Shown here: in pieces, positions 39,181 to 53,726 of the stretch
How positions within the stretch are numbered: position 1 is the stretch's first letter
Layout: each line of letters opens with the position of its first letter
Source: Octopus vulgaris
Lineage: Eukaryota
Length of the DNA: 64,000 nucleotides
NCBI GenBank assembly: GCA_951406725.2
Contig: OX597814.1
Coordinates: 225,432,001-225,496,000, forward strand
Reading direction: 5' to 3'
Position numbers and translations under genes: made by a program
The notes under the pieces: generated by a model
What the model saw: only the letters and a program-made list of their open reading frames with translations
Databases searched by the model: none
What the model was told of the DNA's origin: nothing

Positions 39181-39628
39181 TGCCACACCACTTTCTGATA
39201 GTAGCTGTAGAACCGCTTTCAGAAAAGCGGTCAAGAATTAAAAGTCCATAATCACGTGTATCTTTCCAATATGGGTTTAAATAGTCGTGAAAGGCGTCAA
39301 TCTATTCATCAAGATGAACACCAATATAATATCCAGAGTGATTTTTAATATTGGATTTGCAACAAAGTATATTGCTCTTGTGCAGAAGGGTTAAATGACA
39401 ATATCATAGCACGGCATCAGAATAAGCAAATTCCTGCTGAGGCTGAAATCTTCCCTGGTTGTATAGGTTTACAAATAACAGGCTGGGATGAGAAGTTATC
39501 TAATATGTCAGCAATGCGAAGAATCGACGTCAGTGTCTAGGAGGTTATCATATTCCGACAACGATTGACTTCTACCCTATAAAGGAGACAGGTTTTCATT
39601 CAAATTTTGCTATAATGGTTTCAAGTTT

Positions 39629-39830
39629 TTGGCACAAGGCCAGCAGGTTTGGGGAAGAGCCTAAAATGATTGAATCGACCCCAGGGTTCAACTGGTACAT
39701 ATTTTATCAACCCTGAACGGATGAAAGGCAAAGATGACCTTGATAGAATCTAAACTCAGAACATAAAGACAGACGAAATGCCGCTAAGCATTTTGCCCGG
39801 TGCGCTAACGATTCTGCCAGCTCGCCGCCT
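39629..39830 (-). mobile_element. SINE family B, full length
   Basis: ttggcacaaggccagc...gctaacgattctgccagctcgccgcct. Confidence 0.85.
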
Positions 39831-40100
39831 AACTATTTTGAAGACACCTCTGTCTTTGAGTGTAATATTTTCGTTGGTGATTTTTCAAATCTCTAGAGAG
39901 AGAGAGAGACAAACTGACAGACAGCCAGACAGATAAGAAGAAGGAAAGGACAGAAAGTGAAAGAGACAATGAAACCGAAACGGTTGTAAATGAAAATACG
40001 ATGAGGACAGAGAAAATGAAAGAGAAAATCAGGGCTACATACATACATACATACATACATACATACATACATACATACATACATACATACATACATACAC

Positions 40101-41190
40101 TAGGGTAATCACTTTTTGAAATTTTTCTGAAATTCAACATGGCCAGGGTGACTTGCTACGAGAAATGATGAGAAAACAGTGACTAGCAGTTCCTTTTTCA
40201 AACATTTCAAAAACCTCCACCACCAACTAATATTTCTATTTTCAAATGCGTCACGCTTGCATTGCTTTAGTCAAACTCACATTGCGTTCGGCATTAGTGC
40301 TTCTTACTATTTTATTTGATTTAAAGGAGTTTATGATTGAAGTTACTTCCTGGCGAAATGCAAATAATGATATATACAATAGTAAAAGTTGTTTCACATC
40401 TTGAGGAGTATTATTTGTTGTTGAGATGATCCATGAATGCAGTATTCTTTCTGTTACAGATATTAAAATATATTGCTTTAATCAGTGAAATAAAAGCATC
40501 AATCATGTCATTTAAGCAGTCAAGTCAAGCGGTTGCAGGAAACAAGAAAAAGTGGCAAAAAATATAACTAACTTTGAAAAGTCTATTAAAAAGCAAAGAA
40601 TAATACCGAATGCGGAACATGAGTTGACTGAACTAACAAGAATCCCCAGAAATTCCAGCATCATCAGAAGGTATAATGCATTAGCAAAAGTTTTTAAAAA
40701 TCCAAACATGCAAGAAATCAGCTCATTGCTCAGGAACTAGAGAATCTATATATAAAAAAAAATTTGATTTTCTGCATATAATATTAAAGTACGTTGTAAG
40801 AAAAGTAAATACTCTGTTGAAACGTCCGAAACCAAGTCCAAATTTTGAAGATCTGTTTGACATTACTAATCAACATGTCAGCTGGTTATCTAAAGAAGAC
40901 AAAGACTTTTACAGTTCAGAAATTCAAAGTGGCGGTATAACCAGCTACACCACATCCCGGTTAGCTATGGTTCATCCTTCAAAGCGAACATCTTCCTCGT
41001 CAAGAGTGTCAGCTTCAACTTCCCAAGCGTTTCTTCCATATGCTGAAGCAGGTAAAATAACGAGCCTAACAAATTCTCAAATATTACACAAATTTTTTTG
41101 TACACATTGATGTCACTAATATGTACCCATCTTATTGCAGATACATCATAATTAGAAGCCCCTACTTCTGATTCTGCAAATAAAGTCGCA
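40101..41190 (+). mobile_element. Probable decayed hAT (hATm-like) transposon 5' part
   Basis: Begins tagggtaatcactttttg; ORF 40817-41110 has LFDI...LSKEDKDFY, reminiscent of hATm N-termini. Confidence 0.4.
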
Positions 41191-41268
41191 TACATGTATG
41201 TATGTATGTATGTATGTATGTATGTATGTATGTATGTATGTATGTATGTATGTATGTATGTATGCATG

Positions 41269-41304
<36 letters not shown>

Positions 41305-41508
41305 TGTATGTATGTATGTATGTATGTATGAATGTATGTGTGTGTATGTATGTATGTATGTATGTATATGTATGCATGTATGTGTGCATGTATGTATGTA
41401 TGTATTAATGTATGTATGTGTGTATGTATGTATGTATGTATGTATATATATGTATGCATGTATGTGTGCATGTATGTATGTATGTATGTATGTACGTATG
41501 TATGTATG

Positions 41509-41542
<34 letters not shown>

Positions 41543-41694
41543 TATGTGTATGCATGTATGTGTGTATGTATGTATTTATGTGTGTATGTATGTATGTATG
41601 CATGCATGTATATATATATGTATGTATGTATATATGTATGTATGTATGTATGTGTGTATGTATGCATGTATGTATGTATATATATGTATGTATG

Positions 41695-41728
<34 letters not shown>

Positions 41729-41734
41729 TGTATG

Positions 41735-41768
<34 letters not shown>

Positions 41769-41948
41769 TGTATATATGTATGTATGTATGTACGTATGTA
41801 TGTATGTATGTATGTATGTATGTATGTATGTATGTATGTGTGTATGTATGTATGTATGTATGTATGTATGTATGTATGTATGTATGTATGTATGTGTGTA
41901 TGTATGTATGTATGTATGTATGTATGTATGTATATATATGTATGTATG

Positions 41949-41982
<34 letters not shown>

Positions 41983-42345
41983 TGTATGTATGTATGTATG
42001 TATGTATGTATGTGTGTATGTATGTATGTATGTATGTATGTATGTATGTATGTATGTATGTATGTATGTGTGTATGTATGTATGTATGTATGTATGTATG
42101 TATATATATGTATGTATGTATATATGTATGTATGTACGTATGTATGTATGTATGTATGTATATATATATATGTATGTATGTATATATGTATGTATGTATG
42201 TACGTATGTATGTATGGTATGTATGTATGAATGTATGTATGTGTGTACGTATGTATGTACGTATGTATGTATGTATATATGTATGTATGTATATATATGT
42301 ATGCATGTATGTGTGTATGTATGTATGTATGTATGTATGTGTGTG
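41190..42345. repeat. Degenerate (TATG)n array, about 1.15 kb
   Basis: Seen directly. Confidence 0.97.
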
Positions 42346-42359
42346 GAATCCCTAGTTTG

Positions 42360-43790
42360 ACTAAGCTTATTTATTGCGCACGTGTGTATTAAATCGGTTT
42401 TAATTAGCGGTGAGTTTCAGTCACCGGCGGTGTAAGTGAAAGAGGATAACTCTAACTTAAGGTGAAAAGGGAGCTAACTCAAACCGGATTATTTACACTA
42501 GGGTGGGTGGTTTAAAATTATATTATGGCTAAAGTTTAGGCAGTTCATAGTGATAAAAGGGGGTCCTATGTAGTTGTAAAGTAAATTATTATGGAATGTG
42601 GAGGGCGAGTAGGATTGGGTCGTGACTGTTTATGTGTAAGTGGTTAAAGCTGTTCCCAGCTAATTAGACTTATATAGATGAATATGGTAGTGTGGGATTT
42701 GTACAGGGTCCTACTATTTTACAGATACTTCGCAAAGACACAGAGGACTACATGAAGACAAAAAATGTTGTTCTCAAATTTCCTATTGAAGAGGGTTTGT
42801 TTAGCCCTTAGGCTAGCTAGGTATTCTGATAAACAGAGATTACATCGTCTATTGGCGGTGAGGTTGTTTTTGCGAGTATACGTCAGTTTAAGCTGCAATC
42901 TATTTTTTTATCTTTAAGTTCCCAAATATATCTACTGAGCCCAGTAGAATTAGCCTTACTCCTATTTCTGAATCTAGATTGGTGTGCGTTATATCTAAGA
43001 ATCATTTGGTTTTTAGTGGTGCCTATATATGATTTTATCAGACTATTTGTGTGCACGTCACATTGGCAAAATACGTTATTTGTCTTACATCAATTTGAGA
43101 AATGGCACTTTGTTCTGTCCCTGCAGCCACATAAATTATTACGTATATCTGTGTTCGTGTTATGTCGTGTATGTGTGTGTGGGGGGGGGGCTATCACTGT
43201 TCAGGTCTATATCCAAGTTAGTAGGAGGCGCTACATTAGTTCTATTATATGGTTGGTTATTATTTTTATTGTTCAGAATTTTTTTAGTTTCATAGAATTT
43301 CTCTAGTTTTTTTATTATTTATTGAGGCTATGATTGCAGCTAAGTTATTAGTCGGGCTGTGGCCTACTCTAATTTTATGCCAAAATAATTCTGCGTATTT
43401 ATTATTAACGTTTAGGTGTTTATCTATGATTTTCATTAATGAGCGAACTATGTGTGATTTGAGGTGCATGGTGTAGGGGATTACGAGCCAGATTTTTATC
43501 ACTAGTTTGTTTATTTTTTATTGTTTTTTTTCTAGTATAGAAGCTAGCCTCCTTGTTTGTGAGTCGCGTGAAGTTACGGTAATGGCTATCTTGCTTATTT
43601 CCATAGAAGGGTTTCACTTTCTTGTTACTTTTGTCTGTTCTATTTGTGTTGTTTGTGTAGGGTTTATGTGAACTAGATGGCATGGTTTTCTTGCTATTAA
43701 CAGGATTCATATTGATTCTTTGAGGCGCTTTAGCTTTATTCATACCGATGTGTAGGTTTATATTATTCCCTAAACCATGCTCGTAATCTC
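42360..43790 (-). mobile_element. Degraded Naiad-like PLE 3' part (linker plus GIY-YIG)
   Basis: KIWLVIPY...IASINNKK, CGCRDRTKC, SYIGTT, STGLSRYIWELK, RCNLCLSE...FCLH; homologous to 52600-53300. Confidence 0.8.
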
Positions 43791-43804
43791 CTACACCACC
43801 TGGA

Positions 43805-44171
43805 AGAATTTTAGTGGAACATATCGACCCTAGAACATTTTGTCATTTTTTGAAGCCTAGCACTCGTTCTATCAGCCTCTTTTGCCGAACTGTTAAGTTA
43901 CTGGGGCGTAAACAGACCGTCACCGGTTAACAAGCGCTGGTGGGGAACAAAAACAAACACAGATATACACATACATAGATATACACATACACACATATAT
44001 ATATAAATACGATGGGCTTCTTTCAGTTTCCGTCAACCAAATCCATTCGCAAGTCTTTGGTCGGCCTGAGGCTATGATAGAAGACACTTGCCCAAGGTAC
44101 CACGCAATGGTACTGAACCTGGAACCATGTGGTTGGGAAGCAAGCTTCTTACCACATACCCACTCCTGCGC
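43805..44171 (-). mobile_element. SINE family A
   Basis: Matches 10452-10850. Confidence 0.85.
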
Positions 44172-44489
44172 ATTGTAACGTTGTGGAGAGGTGGTTAGTT
44201 GATTGCATCGAGACAGTACCAGACTGGTACCGAAACTCACACGCACATACACACACAAACACTCGCACACATATACACAAGAAGAGAGAGAGAGAGCTTT
44301 GTGTGTTAGCAATCTAATTGTCAACGTACGAAACTCTAGAACCTTGAGTCACTCTGTTGCCTCTATTGAATATTGATAAAAATATACATATACTCATATT
44401 TTGAGGTGTACTTTTCCTGTTTGTTCCACTATATATGTATGTTTATATGTATCATTATGTGCTTGTGTGTGTGTGTCTGTCTGTCTGTC

Positions 44490-44535
<46 letters not shown>

Positions 44536-44540
<5 letters not shown>

Positions 44541-44935
44541 CGGTGTGTGGAAAGAAGCTTGCTTCCCAACCACATGGTTCTGAGTTCAGTTCCACTGCGT
44601 GACACATTGCGCAAGTGTCTTCTGCTATAGACTCGGGCCAACCAGAGCCTTGTACATGGATTTGGTAGACGGAAAATAAATTGAACTTGTCGTGTATATA
44701 TGTGTGTGTGAGTGTGTGTGCATATTTATATGTGTATGTGTCTTTGTGTCTGTCTTTGCACACCCACCATCACTTGACAACAGATGTTGGTGCTCTTACG
44801 TCACCGTGACTTAGCGGTTCGGCAAAAGACTTGTTGAATGAAATCTGGGGTCGATTTATTCGGTTAAAATCCTTTCAAAGTGGTGTTCCAGCATGGCCGC
44901 AGTTAAATGATTAAAACAAATGAGAACAAAAAGAA
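44536..44935 (+). mobile_element. SINE family A
   Basis: gaagcttgcttcccaaccacatggttctgagttcagttcc...gcatggccgcagttaaatga. Confidence 0.82.
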
Positions 44936-45103
44936 TATAGTCAAACGCAGGTAAGCGCACGTGCTCGCAACTCTGTTTTCCATTACTTGCGTCAACGCCA
45001 TTCATGTATTTTGTCAGGTAACGAGGATATATAGAGAGACTATGATATACATGCATGCATACATACAAAAAAAAACTCATACAGACATACATACATGTAC
45101 GTA

Positions 45104-46380
45104 CGAGGGGCGTTCAATAAGTAATGCCTCTGACCCACTTGCCGTTGTTTGATCTAGCTGAAATTTTGCATGTGCAATTATTTATATCTCTATAGATTAA
45201 GTGGCAGATTACAGCTCTGAACTAATTGTGGTTTCTGATTTACAGGTGTTTGAACTGAGTCAAGTGGGAAATGGAGCCTGTTGAGTGTCGAGCAGTGATC
45301 CGGTTTTTGTATTTGAAAGGATGCACACCACGGGAGACTTTTGATGAAATGAAAGTAACTTATGGTGATGATGCCCCATCATATGACCTTGTAAAACGCT
45401 GGCATCGTAAATTCAAACATGGTCGGAACTCTGTGGAAACTGCTCCCAGATCTGGTCGCACCCCTTCTGCCATTGATGAGGTATCTGTCTGTCAAGTTGA
45501 GGCTGCCATTTTGGAAGATCGACGCATAGCTATTCGCCAAATAGCCCATGAGGTCAAGATTAGTACCGGGTCTGTGGAAGCTATCATTCATGACTATTTG
45601 CATATGCAAAAGGTGTCTGCCAGATGGATTCCCAGGTTGCTCACACTTTTCCAGAAGCAAGAACCCGTCGAGTGCTCGAGGATGAATTTAGGGATGTGCC
45701 AAGAAGATGAGTCAAAAGTTTTCAAAAGACTGATTACACAGGATGAGACCTGGGTCCATCACAAAGCCCAGTCAGTGCAGTGGAAGCACCATGACTCACC
45801 TCCTCCAAAGAAGGCAAAGGTGCAGCCCTCCGCTGGCAAGGTCATGCTCACAGTCTTCTGGGACCAGGACAGAGTAGTGATGACAGATTTCCTGGCAAAG
45901 GGTACCATAATTACAGGTGCCTATCATGCTTCACTTTTGAGGAAATTAAGAGAAGCTATCAAAACCAAGAGGCGGGGCAAGATCAGCAAAGGCATCCTCC
46001 TCCTGCAGGACAACACTCCGGTCCACAACTCGCGTCTCGCCAGATCAGAAGCACAGGCGTGCGGCTATGAACTCTTCCCCCATCCCCCTACTCTTCTGAC
46101 CTTGCACCCTCTGATTTTCACCTTTTGCCAGCCATGAAGTTGTTTTTAAAAGGAAAGCGTTTCCCAGATGATGCAGCCTTGATTTCTGAAGTCACGTCGC
46201 GGTTGGAGGACCAAGCTGGGGTCTTCTACGAAAACGGTCTCCAGAGCTGCATCAAACGATGGGAGAAATGCGTAACTCTGAGTTGTTCCTATGCTGAAAA
46301 AGACTAATACCTGTGCCAAGTTTCGTTGCTCTACTGCTATGGGAAGTGGGTCAGGGGCATTACTTATTGAACGCCCCTCG
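45104..46380 (+). mobile_element. Mariner transposon, second full-length copy
   Basis: TIRs cgaggggcgttcaataagtaatgcc / ggcattacttattgaacgcccctcg with TA on both sides; same family as 13986-15279. Confidence 0.96.
45271..46307 (+). pseudogene. Mariner transposase pseudogene (15-bp in-frame deletion, one frameshift near HPPY)
   Basis: 288-aa ORF with WIPRLL, QDETW and LLQDN, plus C-terminal ORF 46125-46307. Confidence 0.93.
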
Positions 46381-46428
46381 TATATATATGTGTATCCACA
46401 CATTTTTCTACAATATATATGTATATAG

Positions 46429-46482
<54 letters not shown>

Positions 46483-46489
46483 ATCTATC

Positions 46490-46530
<41 letters not shown>

Positions 46531-46641
46531 ATATCTATATATCTATATACATATATATCTATATATCTATATACATATATATTGTAGAAAAATGTGTGGA
46601 TACACATATATACGACGGGTGTTCAATAAGTAATGCCCCTG
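46352..46641. repeat. Fold-back duplication of the mariner right TIR and its flank
   Basis: caggggcattacttattgaac...gtatccacacatttttctacaat (AT-rich centre) attgtagaaaaatgtgtggatac...gttcaataagtaatgcccctg. Confidence 0.9.
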
Positions 46642-47159
46642 GTTTTCCAGTCACTCTAACACCCCTCCCCCACCGACAAGAACCATCAAGAACCTCCCAT
46701 ACACAAGGAATTATCCCCCCTCAATGCTCCCCTCTCTCACGCTAATAACAAACAAGGCATCCTACCCACACCGATACATATAATACCCACCTAACGAACC
46801 CCTTATAGTCCACCCATCCAACAACCACATTCCTACCACATTTCCTACAGATCTCCAAACCCTCACATCCCACACGAACCCAATCACCACAACTACATAC
46901 CCCCCTATATCCCCCCATACAATCTACCAGTCACACACTCACAAACCCATCGCATTTCTCACAAAACCTTACACCATCGCATCCCATACCAACATAAATA
47001 CTACAACTACCTACCCCCCTCCAACCTCCCCACCCAAAAACACTCCTACACATACAACCAGAACTTTAACAAACAATACACCCCTTACCTCAACAACCAT
47101 TTTTTAGACAGAGGGGAAAAATACAAACACCACCGCTAACACAGACCCAAAATAAGAAA

Positions 47160-49396
47160 ACAAAAATTATAAACCTCTCCAGCAAAACACTGACACCAAC
47201 CCAAATCAACATCCTAGCAAGAGGTTTGAAATTCACACCCCAAGAACACCCAAGGATGACGTTTCTGAATTCTGCAGAAAACTTCGTCTAACAGAAGCTT
47301 TGACAGATATCAACAATGGGGACGATTCATTGATCAGAAATAAAAGCAACTTCCTACCATCAAAAGGGAGAAATAAAACACTGGACGATTTTTGCAAACA
47401 CATCCAGAGTCTCCCCTTTACCCCAAGCAAAACCAAGGTAAAATCCAATTTCAGTAAGGAAGAATGGAAAAACCTACGTGACATACAACTGGATAAAAAC
47501 CTTACCATCAAAGAAGCGGACAAAGGGAGTGCTGTGGTCCTTATGGACACGGAATTTTATAAACACCTAGTGTTTTCCATGCTTAACAATAACATTTTCT
47601 ATGAGGTTATTAACAACTATAAACAGCAAAAAACAATCAGAAACCTCACCACACTCATACGCCAACACGGTCAGGGACTCACAGAAAAAGAAAGGGATTA
47701 TATCACCATTTTCAAATGCAAGCCCAGCCTTTTTTATGGCCTTCCTAACATCCATAAAAACAAATACATCACCGAAGCCTGCAAACTCTCCTCTGACATC
47801 CACATCAACATCAAAGCACCGGAGGACCTAAAACTAAGGCCCATCGTGGCTGGTACCTCCTGTAAAACACACCGCCTGAGTAATTTCCTAGACATCCTTT
47901 TGAAACCTTTCCTTACCCACATCAAAAGTTTCATTAGGGATGATCTGGACATGCTCAAACATCTCCCGAAAACAGTTAACGAGGAGGCGCTCCTGGTATC
48001 CTTTGATGTCATCAACCTCTACACCAACATCCCACATGAATATGGTATAGAGGCAATTGACTTCTGGCTAGAAAAACACCCAGAGACATTCCCTGACCGC
48101 ATTAACAAGACTTTTATTACAGAATCTCTCAAGTTCATTCTGACAAACAATTTTTTCTCTTCGACGACACACACTACCGTCAAAAATGTGGTATTGCGAT
48201 GGGTACCAAGGCTGCACCAGTCCTTGCGAACCTCATAATGGGTTTCTTCGAACTATCACTCTATGAAATATCAAGCCAGAAATTTGGACATGTTTTCCAC
48301 ACCTACCTAATGGAAAACTGGAAAAGGTATTTGGATGATTGTTTCATCATATGGAAAGAACCTTATCAAAAACTCCTGGAATTCAAAACCACACTAAACA
48401 ACATACATCCCAACATCCAATTCACTATGGAATTAAGCAAACATCATCTCCCATTCCTTGATCTCCTAATTATAAAAACACCTAAGAACCAAATCATAAC
48501 AGACATCTACCACAAACCTACAGACTCACAACAATACCTCCTCTTTAGTTCATGCCACCCAAAACACACCAAGACAAATATCCCTTTCAATTTAGCTAAA
48601 AGGGTATGCACCATTGTCTCGGATCCAAAAACACGAGAAATACGCCTTCAAGACCTCAAAAAAACACTATTACAACGTCAATATCCCTCCACCCTTATAG
48701 AGTATGGAATAAAACGCGCCAAAGAACTAGATAACACTACACTGAAAACCACCCAACCTAACACCACACACAACCTCAAAATACTTCCATACATTTCCAC
48801 CCACAACCCCCAAAATATCGAAGCATACACAACAATCATACAAAACCTCAGTCTACTGTCAACAGACCCAAAAATGAAAAACATTATAAATACACACAAA
48901 ATCCTCAAATGTAAAAGGCAACACAAATCTTTAAAAAAACTCTTGACAAATGCCAAACTTCACACACCACATCCACCCCCAGCAGTAAACAAAATGTGCA
49001 CGTCCAAACTGTGGCACCTGCCCCTTCCTACTTGAAGGCTCTGAATTTACCTTCAAACAAGGTATGAAGTTTAAAATCAAGACTAACTTCTGTTCCTCCG
49101 AGAACCTTATCTACGTTCTCACATGCGCTGGTTGCCAACATAATTATGTTGGACAAACAAGTCTCCCGTTACATAAACGAGTAGCGGTGCATAAAGAACA
49201 AATAAATCTCCCGGAATACCGACAAATTCCACTGAGTGACCACTTAGACTCATGTGCTAAAGACTTAAACCCCAAATTCTATATATTCCCCTTCTACCAA
49301 TGTAAAGACGGGATCACCACACAGGAGAGAATTAACAAGGAGAATCTCTTTATTGAACAATTCCAAACACAACTTAATATGCAAACTCCTCGTTGA
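47160..49396 (+). pseudogene. PLE reverse transcriptase plus GIY-YIG endonuclease, frameshifted
   Basis: ORFs 47300-48238, 48199-49035 and 49064-49396 are consecutive pieces of one protein. Confidence 0.9.
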
Positions 49397-49996
49397 TCAA
49401 ACTTCCTTTTTCTACCTCATTCTTCATGGATGGACTAACACAAATATATAAGGATACCATGCATTCATCACTTCAAGCTAAAACTTATATTCTTTAAATA
49501 TCATTTTTACTATTGTTGTTATTACTATCATTTTTATTATATATGATATAACAATCTGAAATGCAATTGTCTATGCAAATTTATATAATTAGAAAATAAT
49601 ATAAATAAAGTGTTAAAATCTGAAAGTTAAGTTAACAAACAATTATATAAAAAAGATAATGCAAATGAAGCTAAAATGATAATTTTATAATTTGGGGTTT
49701 ATTAACAGCCTTTATTGAAGAACTCAAAGAGTTGTCTCCCTTATTCACAACACAGGAACTGAAGAACCACAATTACTACTACTTCCTGTTTTGCCAACAT
49801 CCTTAATTAAACCAAACAACACATGCTCTTAATCCCATTGGATCCCAATACCTCAAGGTAATTTCTTCGTGAACAATCATTAAACTCAAGATACACAACG
49901 AACTCACAATGTATCGGAGTACTTATTTTTTAAATTTTGTACATATGCAATTTTCATTTTCCCCTTTCTAATTTTTAAAAAACTTTTTAACCTAAA

Positions 49997-50038
49997 TATT
50001 CTTGACAAGTCACACAATGACGAAAACCGGTTTGAATA
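49997..50038 (+). ncRNA. Decayed hammerhead motif in the PLE 3' end
   Basis: tattc TTGACAA gtca cacaa tgac GAAA accggt TT gaata; stems intact, two core substitutions. Confidence 0.5.
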
Positions 50039-50172
50039 AATATATATTTATATATTTTATCAATTTCTCATTTCATTAAAATTTTCTTTCATTTGAGCAT
50101 TCTGCATTTTTACAATTCTTCCTTGCTTATCATTTCTCCACGTGCTGTCAACACAACCCCACCATTTATTGA

Positions 50173-50796
<624 letters not shown>

Positions 50797-50896
50797 ACAT
50801 TAATTAGAGAAAAAACCACTATTATGCAAATCAAACAAAGAAAGACTTAATCCAATACATAAAAAAATTTATATAAATTAAATATAATTAAGATAT

Positions 50897-50942
50897 CCAC
50901 TACGATCGTTTCTTGTCACTTCTATGGACATTCATCAGGTGG
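50897..50942 (-). ncRNA. Type I hammerhead ribozyme (inverted pLTR)
   Basis: Reverse complement: ccac CTGATGA a-tgtc catagaagt gaca-a GAAA cgatcg TA gtgg. Confidence 0.78.
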
Positions 50943-51054
50943 TTTCAAGACCTAAAATATAATCAATATTTTTAAGATATAAATTTGAAATGACTAATAT
51001 ATATAAAATATAAAATTATCAATGAAAATATATATAATCAAGAACTAAAAAGGA

Positions 51055-53305
51055 ACCTCCATTTAATAAAGACTTACAATTACTAGAAGATAATATATGG
51101 AAGGTGGTAAAAAATATTAAATTCCATAAATACCCAAATAGAAATAATTAATATTTAAGAAATTTAGCAATTAGAATTAAAGATATGAGAAATATGGATG
51201 GTATTATAGTACAATCTGATAAAACTAGGAATCTATATAAATTGGATGTTAAATTATATGATAAACTTTTAGAGAAAGAAATAATTAAAAAATATAAAAT
51301 TGTTCCAGATAGTAAACTTTATAATATTAATAAGGCCTCTAAATTAGTAATGATAAACTATGAATTGGATAATAAAACTGAACCTTATGTACCTTTGCAC
51401 CCCAGAATTACTCTGAAAGACCATAAAGATAATTTTTATTCAGACCCTAAAGTTAGATTAATTTGTCCATGTAAATCTGACCTAGGTAAATTAAGTAAAT
51501 TTATTTTAGATAAATATATTAATAAATTAAATAAACTTAATTATTTAAAATTATGGTTTAGTAATAACAATAATTTGAAATGGTTTAATAATATTAAAGA
51601 TAAAAATCGTTATAAATTTATTCAAATAGATATAGATAATTATTATTCTTCTATTAATGAAATTGTGTTTAATAAGGCCCTTATTTTCGCAATGAATAAA
51701 GTGGGAATGACATTTGAAGAAGTTAATGTAATTAAAATGGCTAGGAAATCGCTCATTAAATATAAAAATAAATTATGGGCTAAGAAAGATACTAGGGATT
51801 GTTTTGATATACCTATGGGAGCACCTGATTCTGCACAAGCTGCAGGTTTAGTAGGTATTTATCTTTTATCTGAACTCCGATTAGAAAATCTAAAGATAGA
51901 GGGTGGTTTATATGGGGATGACCTTCTACTAATTACAAAGAATTGTACTAATAAGAATCTAGAAGTATATAAGAAAAAACTTTATAGTTTCTTTAAAAGA
52001 TATGGTTTAAGTATCACAATATATAAGGAGAATTCTAATGTTAATTATTTAGATGTTAATTTTAATCTAATTACAGGTAAAACACAACCATATAAAATTA
52101 ATGAAAACCTTAGATATATAAATGTTAATAGTAATCACCCACATTCTATTAAAAAATCGTTGATTAATAATATAAGTAAACGTATTTCATTACTCTCTTA
52201 TGATATAGAGATTTTTAATAAACATGCTCCTTATTATAATGAGGCCCTTAGAGAGGCAGGTTATAATAGGAATATTAAATTTTATAATAAAATTAATGAT
52301 AAAGATATAACTAATAATTTTAGAGATAATTTTATTAATAATAATTATAATTTTGTTAGTATTAGTGGTAAAAATATTAGAAATTATAAAAATAAAAATA
52401 ATAAAAATAAAAAATAAGAATAAGAATAATAATAATAATAATAATAATAATATTAATAAAATTAATAACATTAATAATTCTTTAAATGTTGTACATAGAT
52501 ATAAATCTGATAATAGTAATAATTTTAATATGATAAAGAAATATAAATACAATAATAATAATGACAGTTATAATAATAATAAGGTAAATATGAATAAAAT
52601 TTGGTTAATAGTTCCTTATGGTGATCATGTTAAAACGAATATTATTAAAGAGATTTTAGATATTATCGAACTCTTTATTCGAGATAATCGTAAATATAAA
52701 AACATTTTCTCTAGTAATAATTTTGGAGTAGGTTATTCCACCACTAATAATGTAGGTAACATTATTTCTTCATTTAACAAATTTAAACTGAATAATTTTT
52801 ATAAAAATAAATTATTTAATAATACTAATAATAAAGATAAGACATATATTAACTGTTCTTGTAGAGATAAATCTAAATGTAAATTAAATACTAAATGCGA
52901 TATTAATGATGTAGTGTATAAATGTATAGTTACATTACATGATAATAATTTTAAGAATAATAATTACCCAAAAGCGATTTATATAGGGTCTACTTCCTCT
53001 AAAATAAAATTAAGAATCGCACAACATCTGAATTCTTTTAAAAATAAAAACTTAATCAACTCCACTGGACTTAGCAAGTACATTTGGAGACTTAAATCAC
53101 AAAATATTAATTATAATTTATCTTCAGAAATAATTTGTAAAACTAAATCATATACTATAGGAGCGAATTTTTGTTATTTGTGCTCTAATGAGTTTAAGGA
53201 AATTTTATTTATAGGTATGATAATTTACTGAATACAGGTGAAGAGCGCAAAATAAAATGCAGACACAGGTTACTTTACTTATATAATAAGTTTCATGATA
53301 AATAA
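51055..53305 (+). pseudogene. Naiad-like PLE RT plus C-terminal GIY-YIG endonuclease, frameshifted
   Basis: ITLKDHK, PKVRLICPCKSDLGKLSK, DIDNYYSSI, FDIPMGAPDSA, LYGDD, YLDV, SNHP; CSCRDKSKC...VVYKC...IYIGST...CYLC and, after a frameshift, LLN...CRH. Confidence 0.9.
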
Positions 53306-53681
53306 TAATTATTTATTAATATTAAATAGCTCCCTATTATAGGTTTTGTTCTAGTATTATAAATTTTAAATGTTTAGAGTACTTTTTATTTTTATAATAA
53401 TTTATTTTAGTTATGTAGTTTAGGTTTTAATTATAGTTAGATTATAGATGGTTTTTCATTGTATTAATTAATTTCTTATTAATGTATATTAAATATAACT
53501 GTTTATTGAATATTGAGTCTGGTAAGTTAGAATTTTATTTATTTTAGATTTATTTTAGATTTATTTTATTTATTTTATTTTATTATTTACCTCTATTATG
53601 TATTGTAGTATATAGACATTTATATATATTTATTTATAATTTATGTGAATGTGTGTGTTTGTATATATGAGTATTTGTTGA

Positions 53682-53726
<45 letters not shown>

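Larger units (their letters stand above)
46642..50172 (+). mobile_element. Penelope-like element, Neptune-like, 5'-truncated
   Basis: RT motifs ADKGSAVV, LRPIV, SFDVINLYTNIP, AMGT, RYLDD, FLD; Cys-rich linker KCARPNCGTC; GIY-YIG-type LIYVLTC...YVGQT; 3' UTR with a decayed hammerhead. Confidence 0.9.

Noticed and set aside
42346-42356. gaatccctag as the right TIR of the hAT-like fragment starting at 40101
   Set aside because: Only about 6 bp match the left end and no target duplication is evident
42880-43100. In-frame TGA codons as selenocysteine in a Naiad-like PLE
   Set aside because: The TGAs fall at non-Cys positions (one at an expected Trp) in a frameshifted copy, and the conserved Cys residues use TGT/TGC here and at 52850-53270
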